From the sequence record PQ536907.1: a DNA stretch of 64,000 nucleotides; one strand, 5' to 3'. Below the pieces are notes generated by a model that saw only the letters and a program-made list of their open reading frames with translations, ran no database searches and was not told where the DNA came from. Source of the DNA: a phage. The position numbers and the translations under genes were made by a program. Shown piece after piece: positions 43,621 through 53,204 of this stretch; within the stretch, counting starts at the first letter, position 1, and every line of letters begins with the position of its first letter.

Positions 43621-44081
43621 TAGTAAAGGTCCTCAGAGTAAAGTTCTTTTTCACTACCACCACGTTCAATACGTACTTGTCCAGCGTAAGTTGCAATAAT
43701 CATTGCTTCTTCACGTGTCCAATAATTACTATATTGGTCAATAAACCCTTGGTCATCATCACAAACTTGTTGAGTAACTAATTGGGGTTTAACTACATCT
43801 AAAACTTCTGCCATATCTTTAGAATAATGACGAGCACCTGGAATAATAAGAGTTCGTCCATCTTTTAATTTAAACCGATTAGCAGCACATACAATTCGTC
43901 GTTGATACTTTTGGTTTTCATCCCAATATGCAGTCTGCCAACAGATTTCAGGAACTTCTTTCAGAATATCTTCTTCTGTGCATTTATAACCGTGTGCTTT
44001 AAATTTTTGAACAAGACTTTCTGGAGTCTCGCGAGATAAAGGAACATTCAGCATTTTTAAACGATTAACAAACGGGTTCAT
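43620..44081 (-). CDS. Hypothetical protein (153 aa)
   Basis: ORF with ATGA coupling. Confidence 0.5.
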   Translation of the reverse strand: MNPFVNRLKMLNVPLSRETPESLVQKFKAHGYKCTEEDILKEVPEICWQTAYWDENQKYQRRIVCAANRFKLKDGRTLIIPGARHYSKDMAEVLDVVKPQLVTQQVCDDDQGFIDQYSNYWTREEAMIIATYAGQVRIERGGSEKELYSEDLY

Positions 44082-44407
44082 TTAAACCATCCTTTAATAC
44101 GTTGCCACAAAGTTTTCTGTTGAGCTTTGTTAACACCAATTGAACGAATAACTGGTTGAGATTCCTGGAATTCTTTATAATCAGCAAGGTAAATTTCGTA
44201 AGCTGCATCCGTAAATGAACTTATCGCTGCCATAAAATTATTACGAATACCTACTGGAGCATCTTTACTTTCACGAATAATCATGTATTTACCAGTCTTA
44301 ATCTTTACGATAGTTCCAAGATAAGCTCCATGATACCAGATGTCCCAACCCTCTTGGGTAGGTTCTGCACAACGACGAAGTTCATTAACAATTTCTAACT
44401 TGTTCAT
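44078..44407 (-). CDS. Hypothetical protein (109 aa)
   Basis: ORF with ATGA coupling. Confidence 0.5.
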   Translation of the reverse strand: MNKLEIVNELRRCAEPTQEGWDIWYHGAYLGTIVKIKTGKYMIIRESKDAPVGIRNNFMAAISSFTDAAYEIYLADYKEFQESQPVIRSIGVNKAQQKTLWQRIKGWFK

Positions 44408-44417
44408 TATTTATTCC

Positions 44418-45053
44418 TCACAGTTCAGATGCTACAGTGATTACTGCTTCAATGTTTTCTACCGAGCGTTTAATGTCAAGATACACATTACCGTTTTTAG
44501 CGATTTTACATGACATTCCGATGTCAGTAAATTTCTGAATATGATGTTCCATCATTTTGTATCCAAAAATTCGCATGTTTCCATTGTTGTTAATTTCAAA
44601 ATTACGAATTCCGTGAGTGCGTTTTTCTAAAATGGCAAGATAATTACTACGATAAGTTTCAACCTTTTTAAGAACAAATCCATTTTCATCTAAAAGTTTT
44701 AACATGAGGTCTTTATCTTCTTCCATATCGGAAGTAATCTCGCGAGCTTTACGAGTTGCTCGTTTTTTCAGTAGTTCCGGAGCATTTTCCTGTGCATATA
44801 AAGTTGCTGCATTTGAAATAATATCCTGAGCTTCACCAGTAATGATTAATCCATCACCAGATTTCTCCACCAGGCCTTTTTTAATCAATACCCCAATATT
44901 ACTATTAACTACTGCGTTACCTAAATCTGGATGCACCTCACGAACTTCTGCAGCTGTAATGAAATCTTTCTTAGCAATAGTAATTAAAATCGCAGCAGTT
45001 TTTTCATTCAGAACATCGTTAGAAGCTTTGATGATGTAAGTTACTTTAGACAT
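44418..45053 (-). CDS. motA: Middle-transcription activator MotA
   Basis: 211 aa; N-terminus MSKVTYIIKASNDVLNEKTAAILITIAKKDF matches T4 MotA as I recall it. Confidence 0.94.
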   Translation of the reverse strand: MSKVTYIIKASNDVLNEKTAAILITIAKKDFITAAEVREVHPDLGNAVVNSNIGVLIKKGLVEKSGDGLIITGEAQDIISNAATLYAQENAPELLKKRATRKAREITSDMEEDKDLMLKLLDENGFVLKKVETYRSNYLAILEKRTHGIRNFEINNNGNMRIFGYKMMEHHIQKFTDIGMSCKIAKNGNVYLDIKRSVENIEAVITVASEL

Positions 45054-45145
45054 TTTTTAATCTCCGTAATTCTGTATCAGTAGTTGATAGTTGTATAGTA
45101 CCACAGTATGCTTTGGTTGTAAACCGTTTTATGAAAAAATTTTTG

Positions 45146-45176
45146 AAATAAAAAAGGGAGAGCCGAGGCTCTCCCT
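45146..45176 (-). terminator. Rho-independent terminator followed by the early promoter for motA
   Basis: On the - strand: stem gggagagcc / loop tcg / ggctctccc plus a T run, then GTTTAC...TGGTACTAT promoter-like elements. Confidence 0.55.
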
Positions 45177-45180
45177 AAAA

Positions 45181-45330
45181 TTACTGCATGACTGTGATAA
45201 CTGTCATGATAACACGTTGAATGCCGAACGCAAGAAGACCTCCTGCTACGGCTGGAACAACACCTACCCCCGCTAGTAAAATGCCGCCAGATACTAATGC
45301 AGCGCTTGTAATACCAATGAATGGACTCAT
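45181..45330 (-). CDS. Small hydrophobic Gly/Ala-rich peptide (49 aa, below the track cutoff)
   Basis: Hand-translated MSPFIGITSAALVSGGILLAGVGVVPAVAGGLLAFGIQRVIMTVITVMQ; its ATG overlaps the gene 52 stop (ATGA). Confidence 0.45.
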   Translation of the reverse strand: MSPFIGITSAALVSGGILLAGVGVVPAVAGGLLAFGIQRVIMTVITVMQ

Positions 45331-46655
45331 TTGATTTCCTCTAAATCTTTAGTGTATTCTGTAACTACATCAGTAGTTTTCCAATATTCGTTTTCTTCTT
45401 TTTTAGCTTTAGCTTCTTCAGCAAGTTTCTTTGCTTCATCAGAAGTCATATGAAAAATATTCATTCCAACTAGTTTATCAACATAAGAAGAATACATCTC
45501 AATTTTAGAAAGTTCTTCGGTCAGTTCTTTACGAGTTTTACCCTGTACAACAATTTCACCTGAAATTACTTTCTTAATGAAATGCGCCTTGGCAAAGGCT
45601 AAACGAAATGCTGATTCAGTTTCTTTGATTTTGTTATCAATTCGTTTTTGGACATAAGTTTTACGAACTTCAACGAAGTCTTTGATTAAATCAACTACGT
45701 TATCGTAAACTTGTAGCTTTCCTTTCTCATTAATAACCGTAATATTCTGAGAACGACGCTCAATCAACCCGAAGTCTTTCATAATTTTTGCATGGCGTTC
45801 TTCTTCATTATCGCTCAAAGAATATTCTTTACGGAATTTAACTTTAAAGCCAAAACCATGCTCACCACAAGCATCATCCCACGTAATGAAGCCTTTATCT
45901 TCAAGTGGGTCTAAGATTTTACTCACATAAGTTTCACGATCATACTTATACGGAATCTCAGTGATATGCATTTGAGTTCGTGAAGTAAACTTGTATGTTC
46001 CACGAATTTCATATTGCCCATCAATCTCAACGACTTCACCACGAAATTCTGGGAATTCTACCTTCGGTTTAGTTACTTTCTTTCCTTGAAGAGCTTGCAG
46101 TACAGCTTTCTTGACAGAAGAAACACTATGAGGAAGAATGTAAGTTGCATAACCAGTTGCAATACCGGAAACACCATTAAGAAGAACAGTAGGAATAATA
46201 GGCAAATAGAAAGCAGGCGGAATGTGTTCTTTATCTTGATGTACTGGAGCATATTCAGTATCTTTATATACGTTATAGAAATTTTTACTTACACGAGCAA
46301 AAATATAACGACTAGCTGCTGCCTTTTGGACAGTACGAGAACCAAAGTTTCCTTGACCATCTAACAAAGGAAAGTTATTATTCCAAGTGTTAGCCATCAA
46401 AGCACCTGCGTCTTGCGCAGAGTTTTCACCATGATGATATCCAAGGTCTGCTACACCGCCTGCAATAGAAGCGAGTTTGTGAAACTTATCTTTATTTCCT
46501 CGTGCCAAATCAAGAGCTCGAGCAATAACAAATCGTTGAACTGGCTTAAATCCATCAATCATATTTGGGATAGCACGATTTTCAACCGTGTACATAGCAT
46601 AAGCCAATGCTTCATTATCAATGATACTTTTTAAATCGCGATTATTCAGTTGCAT
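45327..46655 (-). CDS. 52: DNA topoisomerase II medium subunit gp52
   Basis: 442 aa; type IIA topoisomerase cleavage/religation (GyrA-like) region; synteny motA-52. Confidence 0.93.
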   Translation of the reverse strand: MQLNNRDLKSIIDNEALAYAMYTVENRAIPNMIDGFKPVQRFVIARALDLARGNKDKFHKLASIAGGVADLGYHHGENSAQDAGALMANTWNNNFPLLDGQGNFGSRTVQKAAASRYIFARVSKNFYNVYKDTEYAPVHQDKEHIPPAFYLPIIPTVLLNGVSGIATGYATYILPHSVSSVKKAVLQALQGKKVTKPKVEFPEFRGEVVEIDGQYEIRGTYKFTSRTQMHITEIPYKYDRETYVSKILDPLEDKGFITWDDACGEHGFGFKVKFRKEYSLSDNEEERHAKIMKDFGLIERRSQNITVINEKGKLQVYDNVVDLIKDFVEVRKTYVQKRIDNKIKETESAFRLAFAKAHFIKKVISGEIVVQGKTRKELTEELSKIEMYSSYVDKLVGMNIFHMTSDEAKKLAEEAKAKKEENEYWKTTDVVTEYTKDLEEIK

Positions 46656-46659
46656 AAAT

Positions 46660-46800
46660 TTACCATACTAGTGAATGTAGTGCCATAATAACATCAGAAA
46701 TGAAAAGCACGACTTGAATTAATCCGAACATTACTCCATAATATAGTGCTACCAATAAAGTAGCAAGGGCTAATGAATAGCCCAAGATTTTCTTAATCAT
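46660..46800 (-). CDS. Small membrane peptide (46 aa, below the track cutoff)
   Basis: Hand-translated MIKKILGYSLALATLLVALYYGVMFGLIQVVLFISDVIMALHSLVW; immediately upstream of gene 52. Confidence 0.4.
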   Translation of the reverse strand: MIKKILGYSLALATLLVALYYGVMFGLIQVVLFISDVIMALHSLVW

Positions 46801-46951
46801 TAGTAGATAACAACACAAATGTTAAATATGCACACATACCCTGGGCTAAAGCTTGTGAAAACACACTGCTAGCATCGATACAGATAGTTAAAACACATGC
46901 TACTATCCAACAAATAAATGAAATAACTCCTAATAATTTTGCGATATTCAT
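46793..46951 (-). CDS. Small membrane protein, ac-like (52 aa)
   Basis: Track ORF trimmed to the internal ATG with a GAGGAGAAT ribosome-binding site; hydrophobic; paralogous to the next ORF. Confidence 0.5.
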   Translation of the reverse strand: MNIAKLLGVISFICWIVACVLTICIDASSVFSQALAQGMCAYLTFVLLSTND

Positions 46952-46961
46952 AATATTCTCC

Positions 46962-47117
46962 TCAACTATTTTTAGAACCAATGTACGCGAATAATGATAA
47001 AATCGCTAATACGCCCTGAGCTGATGCTTGCAAAAATACTGAAGTTTCTCCGGTTATTACTGTTCCGATGCATAAAAAGAACCAACAGAAAAAGGCTATA
47101 CCGTGAACAAATTTCAT
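46962..47117 (-). CDS. Small membrane protein, ac-like paralog (51 aa, below the track cutoff)
   Basis: Hand-translated MKFVHGIAFFCWFFLCIGTVITGETSVFLQASAQGVLAILSLF...; GAGGAAAAT ribosome-binding site; shares the FxCW...SVFxQAxAQG pattern with 46793-46951. Confidence 0.45.
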   Translation of the reverse strand: MKFVHGIAFFCWFFLCIGTVITGETSVFLQASAQGVLAILSLFAYIGSKNS

Positions 47118-47124
47118 ATTTTCC

Positions 47125-47205
47125 TCACTGGCGTCCGAAGACGCCTTTGGTTTTAAGATTGTTACGATAGAACTGCATCACATGTTCGTTATGGAAATTA
47201 CTCAT
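47125..47205 (-). CDS. stp: Stp peptide (26 aa; activator of the host PrrC anticodon nuclease)
   Basis: Hand-translated [26 protein letters not shown], which matches T4 Stp as I recall it; start overlaps the ndd stop. Confidence 0.8.
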
Positions 47206-47663
47206 TAATATGCCTGCAAAACAAATTTAAAGTTATCAGCCAACATACGGTTCATTTCTTCAAGTGTTTGATACTCAGAATGATGATTACGAGTAAACGC
47301 TAAAGCTAACTGTCCTTTTCCAAATCCCGTCGTCAAAGGTTTCATCTTAGAAGCAGGCAGATAAAATACTGTGTATGGAACATTGTTATTTGCAATAGTA
47401 CGTGCAAGTTGAGACCGGCGTTGACGAATATGACTTAGAACTGCACTGAATCCTTGCTTAGAACGCTGATTACCTACATAAAATCGTGCAGACACACATG
47501 GATTACTAAATGGACGACCATCTAATTTACACACTAAAAAGTAAAATCCAGGTTTAGATAAAATATCTTTATGCGGAGTTCCCAAAAACCACTCACCACC
47601 CTTGATTGTACCAATAACAGTAGCGCCTGCATTGTTCAGATCAGTAACAGTCATGTATTTCAT
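47205..47663 (-). CDS. ndd: Nucleoid disruption protein Ndd
   Basis: 152 aa from the internal Met ([13 protein letters not shown]...); position upstream of stp as in T4. Confidence 0.8.
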
Positions 47664-47723
47664 AATAATTTCCTCTAAATTATTTTCTACTCCAAGGCCG
47701 CATGAATACACACGGCCATTAAA

Positions 47724-47939
47724 TTAATCGTCGCAGTCGACGCTCAATTCCCAAAACTCTTCTACGGTATAAGTTTCAGTATCATTTTCAATACAGAAAC
47801 GTTCATTACTGTTATTTGCTAAAGTAGCGTTAACTGTCGGTTTCTCGCTAGTGCTCTTAAGAGGTGAAATACGAATTAACTGATCACCGTTATCTAAACA
47901 GAAAATTTCACCAACTTTTACATCTTTAAAAATTTTCAT
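47724..47939 (-). CDS. Hypothetical protein (71 aa)
   Basis: ORF in the ndd-denB interval. Confidence 0.45.
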   Translation of the reverse strand: MKIFKDVKVGEIFCLDNGDQLIRISPLKSTSEKPTVNATLANNSNERFCIENDTETYTVEEFWELSVDCDD

Positions 47940-48054
47940 AATTCACCTCAAGGAGTATAAAATCCGAATGCAGTTGTTGACCATCCCATCCAATATGGAA
48001 AATTTGCACCAATGTAAAACATAAGAATATAAAACCAACCGCTCAGCAAATTCA

Positions 48055-48273
48055 TCATTTTACACCATTCCAAATTGTTTCAACCACAGATTTTAAACCA
48101 TTTTGATGAATATCAATTCCGACTACTGTCATCAAATAGATTCCAACTACAACTGAACCTAAGGCAAAAATCAGCATGAAAATGAATAAAGCCGGAAAAA
48201 TATTATCGAAAAACCATTCAATAAATGTAAAAGCACTGCGTTTACGCTTCATATTTTCCTCACATAAATCCAA
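48055..48273 (-). CDS. Small membrane protein (72 aa)
   Basis: ORF with two predicted transmembrane helices. Confidence 0.45.
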   Translation of the reverse strand: MDLCEENMKRKRSAFTFIEWFFDNIFPALFIFMLIFALGSVVVGIYLMTVVGIDIHQNGLKSVVETIWNGVK

Positions 48274-48373
48274 AGTAAACGTTTAATACATCAATCATTA
48301 AAACGATTGGGAATATACACAAAACTGTTAGTATTATAACTACATTCCATATAGCTTTAACAATCTTTTTCAT
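48260..48373 (-). CDS. Small membrane peptide (about 37 aa)
   Basis: Track ORF trimmed to the internal ATG (MKKIVKAIWNVVIILTVLCIF...) with a GGAGG ribosome-binding site; the longer track start would run through the promoter region. Confidence 0.4.
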   Translation of the reverse strand: MKKIVKAIWNVVIILTVLCIFPIVLMIDVLNVYFGFM

Positions 48374-48616
48374 TTTCTGTTCCTCCGTAGTTGATAGTTG
48401 TATAGTACCACAGAGGAACAGTCTTGTAAACAACTTTTTTAAAAATATTCGTAATAAATGTGAATACCAATCACTACTGCCGAAACTTGTGCAACCAACC
48501 ATGCACACGCAATAAGTACAGAATTCAAAATTTTCATAATAACCTCATCACAAAAGTAAATGTTAAACAAATTACTGGAATACTAATTAACCAAACAAAA
48601 CACCACCATAATGAAC

Positions 48617-48880
48617 TCATAGTTCAATCTCAACGATTTCCAGGTGTTTTTGTTTTATTGCCTTTTTAACACAATCATGGACTAAATATGACCATGAATC
48701 ATTATATTCTCCATTAACTAATCGTTGGAGATCTTCACGTGATGATAAGTAAGGTTGATCTGATTCCCATTTTGATAAAAATACTGCAGTAAAAATATCT
48801 CCTTCACCTGTAGTTGAAGTCGTAAATGCAATAAATTCACCGGTAATTTTATGTTTAGCGTAATAAAATTTAAATTTCAT
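48617..48880 (-). CDS. Hypothetical protein (about 87 aa)
   Basis: Track ORF trimmed to the internal ATG (MKFKFYYAKHKITGEF...) with a GGAGGAG ribosome-binding site; the track N-terminus is translated from a homopolymer tract. Confidence 0.45.
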   Translation of the reverse strand: MKFKFYYAKHKITGEFIAFTTSTTGEGDIFTAVFLSKWESDQPYLSSREDLQRLVNGEYNDSWSYLVHDCVKKAIKQKHLEIVEIEL

Positions 48881-48960
48881 TTTTACTCCTCCGTAGCTGA
48901 TAGTTGTATAGTACCACGGTCCTTGTGGTATGTAAACCATTTTGTGAAATTTTTTTTTTT

Positions 48961-49518
48961 TTAAATGGAAAGATACCATCCGTTGTAGTTGCTTTTTCTT
49001 ACAACCTTACGAAGGTCTTCTCTGTCACCGATGAACTTCGGAGTGTACTGGATGACACCTGGATGAATTTCTTTAGTGTTGAATATAATTATACAGTCAG
49101 CGACTTGATGATTTAGAATGGGCCCTAGATTTATTCCAGAACCGTATGGATACTCTCCGCTGCATCCTGTTGTTACAGAAATCCAACGTGAGTCAGTTTG
49201 GTGTGTCTTAACTTCTACACGAAGCCCGCAGTATCTTGGATGCGCCAATACATCCCATGCGTATGTATACGGGTCATTAACATCCTCTTGGCCTTTATTA
49301 ACATACCCGCTTAACCAATCTGCTACAAAAAATTCTGCGTACACAGCGATACGGCATCTTTCGATAACTTCTGCTTTATCCTGGTTCGGGTTTTGTTTTA
49401 AAGAGTATCTTGCTGTATCAGCAATTTTGACCTTCATTTCACTAGTCAAGTCACTGTTCGATAGGGTAAATGTCGGAATCTGAAATAGTCTCTGTAAACC
49501 CGGATTCGTTTTCTGCAT
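48961..49518 (-). CDS. denB: Endonuclease IV (cytosine-DNA-specific)
   Basis: 185 aa (T4 EndoIV length); position upstream of the ndd cluster and downstream of rIIB as in T4. Confidence 0.7.
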   Translation of the reverse strand: MQKTNPGLQRLFQIPTFTLSNSDLTSEMKVKIADTARYSLKQNPNQDKAEVIERCRIAVYAEFFVADWLSGYVNKGQEDVNDPYTYAWDVLAHPRYCGLRVEVKTHQTDSRWISVTTGCSGEYPYGSGINLGPILNHQVADCIIIFNTKEIHPGVIQYTPKFIGDREDLRKVVRKSNYNGWYLSI

Positions 49519-49581
49519 TTAAACTTTCCTTTATGTCGGAATCATAATTTCTCTTAAAACAAAAGGGCCGAAGCCCTTATT

Positions 49582-49776
49582 TTATTTGAATTGTGCGATT
49601 CTTTTCTCTAGACACTCAGCATAAGATTTCATTGAGATGAACTGTGAAAGCAGCAGTTCTTGCTCAACTGCACTAACCGTTAGAAACTTTGTGCTTTCTA
49701 AAAATTTGCTCAGTGCATTAATTTTGAGCATTAATTGATCGTATTCTTCTTTTACTCGTGCTTGATAACCTAACAT
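49582..49776 (-). CDS. Hypothetical protein (64 aa)
   Basis: ORF flanked by GC hairpins (aagggccgaagccctt) on both sides. Confidence 0.45.
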   Translation of the reverse strand: MLGYQARVKEEYDQLMLKINALSKFLESTKFLTVSAVEQELLLSQFISMKSYAECLEKRIAQFK

Positions 49777-49808
49777 AATTTTCCTTAATATGATAAGGGC
49801 CGAAGCCC

Positions 49809-50747
49809 TTATTTAAATTGTTCAGTAACGTCTTCAACTACTTCGTATTGGCAGGTACGCATTTTAGCATCGTTGTAATCAATCGGAATTGATACTACAT
49901 CACGTGGATGTACTTTAACTTTTACAACTCGGCTGGTTGAACTGCCAAAGTGACGAATATAAGATTTAGAACACACATGCAGACCACGAGAACAAGTTTG
50001 TGTATCATCGTCATTCACACGAGTACGCGGCATTTTAACTACTTTACCAGGACTGTTATCAAAGGTGTTTGAGTGACAGTCAAAGTAGTTGTCACGAACT
50101 ACTTTCCAAGCATAGAAGTAACCATCTTCTGTAATTTCAATATCGTTTGCTACCAAGAAATCAAAGAGTCGAGATACCGCTTTCTGGCTTGGGTTTTCCA
50201 GCAGATTTTCCAAGAACGGAAAATAAAATTCAAAGTTTTCACCTTTTTCCATCGAATCGAGAATACGATCAACTAAACCAGACCGTAATTCGATATTTTG
50301 ATAGAACAAGCTTCCGCCTTCAATTCGAACATCGCCGGAAATATATTTTTCAACAGCGCGACGAACATTAATTTTTTGCGCAGCTTCTTCCAGCTTATCT
50401 GCTACAAGCAGATTAAGAATTTCCTGGAAGTTTGAATGAGTATTAGGAGTTGCGTTATAAGTTACACCGTCAACAGTAATTGAAATGAATTTTTTAGATG
50501 CATTCCAAATAATGTCAGATTTAGCAACTGGAGCAATAACTGCATCGCTATTAACTTTAACTGTAATATCACCGCTAATAGTAACTTTAGGGCGTTTAGC
50601 TTCTTCAGCATTTTTCAAAACACGACGAATTGTGTCAACCGATACACCTTGCCAATCAGCCAATTCCTGTTGGGTGTAATTACCACTTGAATACAGCTTA
50701 ACAATTTCAGCTTGTTCGTTTTTGGTCAGGCATTTAATATTGTACAT
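49809..50747 (-). CDS. rIIB: rIIB (rapid-lysis / membrane integrity protein)
   Basis: 312 aa (T4 rIIB length); immediately downstream of rIIA. Confidence 0.9.
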   Translation of the reverse strand: MYNIKCLTKNEQAEIVKLYSSGNYTQQELADWQGVSVDTIRRVLKNAEEAKRPKVTISGDITVKVNSDAVIAPVAKSDIIWNASKKFISITVDGVTYNATPNTHSNFQEILNLLVADKLEEAAQKINVRRAVEKYISGDVRIEGGSLFYQNIELRSGLVDRILDSMEKGENFEFYFPFLENLLENPSQKAVSRLFDFLVANDIEITEDGYFYAWKVVRDNYFDCHSNTFDNSPGKVVKMPRTRVNDDDTQTCSRGLHVCSKSYIRHFGSSTSRVVKVKVHPRDVVSIPIDYNDAKMRTCQYEVVEDVTEQFK

Positions 50748-50758
50748 AATTTTCCTTA

Positions 50759-52936
50759 TTAGGCCGCAAGGGCCTTCATAGTTTTAGCGATTTGGGAAAC
50801 TTCATCATCACTTAAAGAGTTGCGATAACCGATGAAGTCGGAAACAATACGGAATTTCTTGGTAAACTCAGCAACCATTTTATCACTATTTTTTGAAGCA
50901 TTACGTGATAATTCATCAAAGAGATTAGTTACTGTCCAGATATCATGACCGATGGTATCTTTTCCACCATTGAAATACACACCGCGTAATGAACTAACCA
51001 TATTACCAAGTCGTGTATATTCTTCAGAAACTTCATCTGTACTGAAGTACTTCATCATAAAATCTAGTTCAGGATACTTGATAATTTTATCAATATATCG
51101 TTGAGCTGAACTTGAATAACCTACATACTTATCATAATCTACATCATCAAAAGCATCTACATATAAATCACGCAAAGCTTCAAAAATACATTGGCACTGA
51201 CCAAGCTCTTTTACCTTTTTCTGCAAAAGCGGACGAATAACATAAAATTCATTAATGCCAATAAGATTAGCCATACGAATCAAAATATTCATAGATGGAT
51301 GACAAAGAGATGTAGTACCATCCATAGAGAAAATATCAGAACGATGCATATACGCTACATAACCAGTAATTTCATCTGCTTCTGACGTGAGTGTAAATAG
51401 TTCCTCTTTTTCCCATCGTCCATCTTTAATTTCAAATTTAAATGCTGTAGCAGCTTTAGGACGAGGAGCTTTACTTTTAACTACCTTTGGAATATAGCTT
51501 TTAACTAAAGCTTCAATTTCTGACAAATAATGAATGTTAACTTCATCACTTTCAAACATTGCCATAATATCAGGTAGTAAATCAATCTGCGATTCTACTT
51601 CCGGATTAATAAACAGAAGACGCTCATTGTGATGAATATTTAAAGTGTTATTAAATTCACTATCATCTAACGCATGCGCTAATCCACGGACAATATTAAC
51701 ACGATTTTTAATATTATCAATAACGATATTAATTTTTGTTGTATTAATACCAAACAGACGATAACTTGATGCAACGGCTGAAGTTTCATGGCTTTGCTTA
51801 ATGCGTTTCAGTCGAGGGTCAAGATTTACTTCATACACAACTCCTGCATTGCATAACTTACTGTCAGGTTCAAACATGCTCTGCATCTTTTTATATGACA
51901 GATTTTTAGTCGTGAATTTGACTGAATTACTAATCATATAATCTCGAGCAGAATACCCCATCTTCATTAATTCACGATATGTGTGACGAGGAGATGTAGA
52001 TTCTTTAAATCGTTTTACATCTTCATTAAATGCTTTCTCACTGAGTTCTTTAACTCGTTCAATAATATTTTTACGAGTACGATCATCCAGTGAAAGAGCC
52101 TCGCGAGATGGAGCAATATCAAGTGAACCCATTGGAAACTTAATGTAATTCACTTCATTGCGAATGCTTAGCCAGTTACGGTCTCTAATAACACCATCGA
52201 TAGGATAAACAATACCGCCATAGATAGCATATAATCCACCACGATCAGGCCAGTATCTTTCTGGATTTACACCATAATAATCATCAAAATCAGGAAAATA
52301 ATCAATTTCGCGGTCAAGACCATTAATGATAGCCAAATCTTTGAACGGTCGCATGATATAAGAAACTTCATAAGCAAAGTTTCTAAAGTCTTTTTCTTCA
52401 ACTGGAACTACGATTTCAATACCAGTTTTATCATTTGGACCCATTTCTTTTACGAATGTAGGTTTAATTTGTGGACCATCGCCATCCATGTAAGCTACAT
52501 AACCACGAATTTCGCCTTTATGATATGAAGTAATACTAAATGTATCAGTATAACTAAACGGAGATTTAGAACCTAAACCAAATCCGCCAATGAAATCGTT
52601 AGATTCAGCCTTAGATGAACTAAAGTATGAATTATACAACCCAGGAGAATTATCATCACCTTGAATATCAAAATCGCTCATACCCGGACCAAAATCTCGG
52701 CAAACAAATCGCGGATCTAATCGTCCTGGAACTTGAATGATAAATTTTTCAGGATTTCCATTAAGAGCATGGGCATCAATCATGTTGGTAATCAATTCAC
52801 GGACTACTGCGCGAATCTTGTTTGTATACAAATCAGATGACAGAATTTTAAATACTTTAGGATTTGCTGCGATGCTAAATGCTTTTGATTTAGCACCATT
52901 ACCAAGAATTGTTTCTTTTTCAGTAGTGATAATCAT
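50759..52936 (-). CDS. rIIA: rIIA
   Basis: 725 aa (T4 rIIA length); GHKL/HSP90-like ATPase-type N-terminal region; synteny 39-rIIA-rIIB. Confidence 0.92.
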   Translation of the reverse strand: MIITTEKETILGNGAKSKAFSIAANPKVFKILSSDLYTNKIRAVVRELITNMIDAHALNGNPEKFIIQVPGRLDPRFVCRDFGPGMSDFDIQGDDNSPGLYNSYFSSSKAESNDFIGGFGLGSKSPFSYTDTFSITSYHKGEIRGYVAYMDGDGPQIKPTFVKEMGPNDKTGIEIVVPVEEKDFRNFAYEVSYIMRPFKDLAIINGLDREIDYFPDFDDYYGVNPERYWPDRGGLYAIYGGIVYPIDGVIRDRNWLSIRNEVNYIKFPMGSLDIAPSREALSLDDRTRKNIIERVKELSEKAFNEDVKRFKESTSPRHTYRELMKMGYSARDYMISNSVKFTTKNLSYKKMQSMFEPDSKLCNAGVVYEVNLDPRLKRIKQSHETSAVASSYRLFGINTTKINIVIDNIKNRVNIVRGLAHALDDSEFNNTLNIHHNERLLFINPEVESQIDLLPDIMAMFESDEVNIHYLSEIEALVKSYIPKVVKSKAPRPKAATAFKFEIKDGRWEKEELFTLTSEADEITGYVAYMHRSDIFSMDGTTSLCHPSMNILIRMANLIGINEFYVIRPLLQKKVKELGQCQCIFEALRDLYVDAFDDVDYDKYVGYSSSAQRYIDKIIKYPELDFMMKYFSTDEVSEEYTRLGNMVSSLRGVYFNGGKDTIGHDIWTVTNLFDELSRNASKNSDKMVAEFTKKFRIVSDFIGYRNSLSDDEVSQIAKTMKALAA

Positions 52937-52946
52937 AATTTCCTCA

Positions 52947-53150
52947 TTAATTCATATTGCGTTTAATAACTTCAGCAACTTCTAGTAGTTCATCTTTAGT
53001 TGCGGTGTCGGATTGAATTTTATCTCTAATATCCTTAAAGCGGTTTTTAAACTCTTCGGCTTCTCCCATATCGAAAAAGCGTTGAATGATTCTATATTCT
53101 CGATGAACTGCTTTATCAAAAAGTTCTAAATTTACTTTATATGATTTCAT
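52947..53150 (-). CDS. Hypothetical protein (rIIA.1-like, 67 aa)
   Basis: ORF between gene 39 and rIIA. Confidence 0.5.
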   Translation of the reverse strand: MKSYKVNLELFDKAVHREYRIIQRFFDMGEAEEFKNRFKDIRDKIQSDTATKDELLEVAEVIKRNMN

Positions 53151-53204
53151 TTCAATATCCTCATTTGCCCAATTAATTATACCACATCCTTGTGGTAAAG
53201 TAAA

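Noticed and set aside
45091-45276. Track ORF on the + strand (61 aa) between motA and gene 52
   Set aside because: It overlaps the terminator/promoter cassette and is antisense to a better-supported 49-aa ORF coupled to gene 52; it runs against the strand of all flanking genes.
46014-46634. Track ORFs on the + strand inside gene 52
   Set aside because: Antisense within the topoisomerase subunit gene; low-complexity translations.
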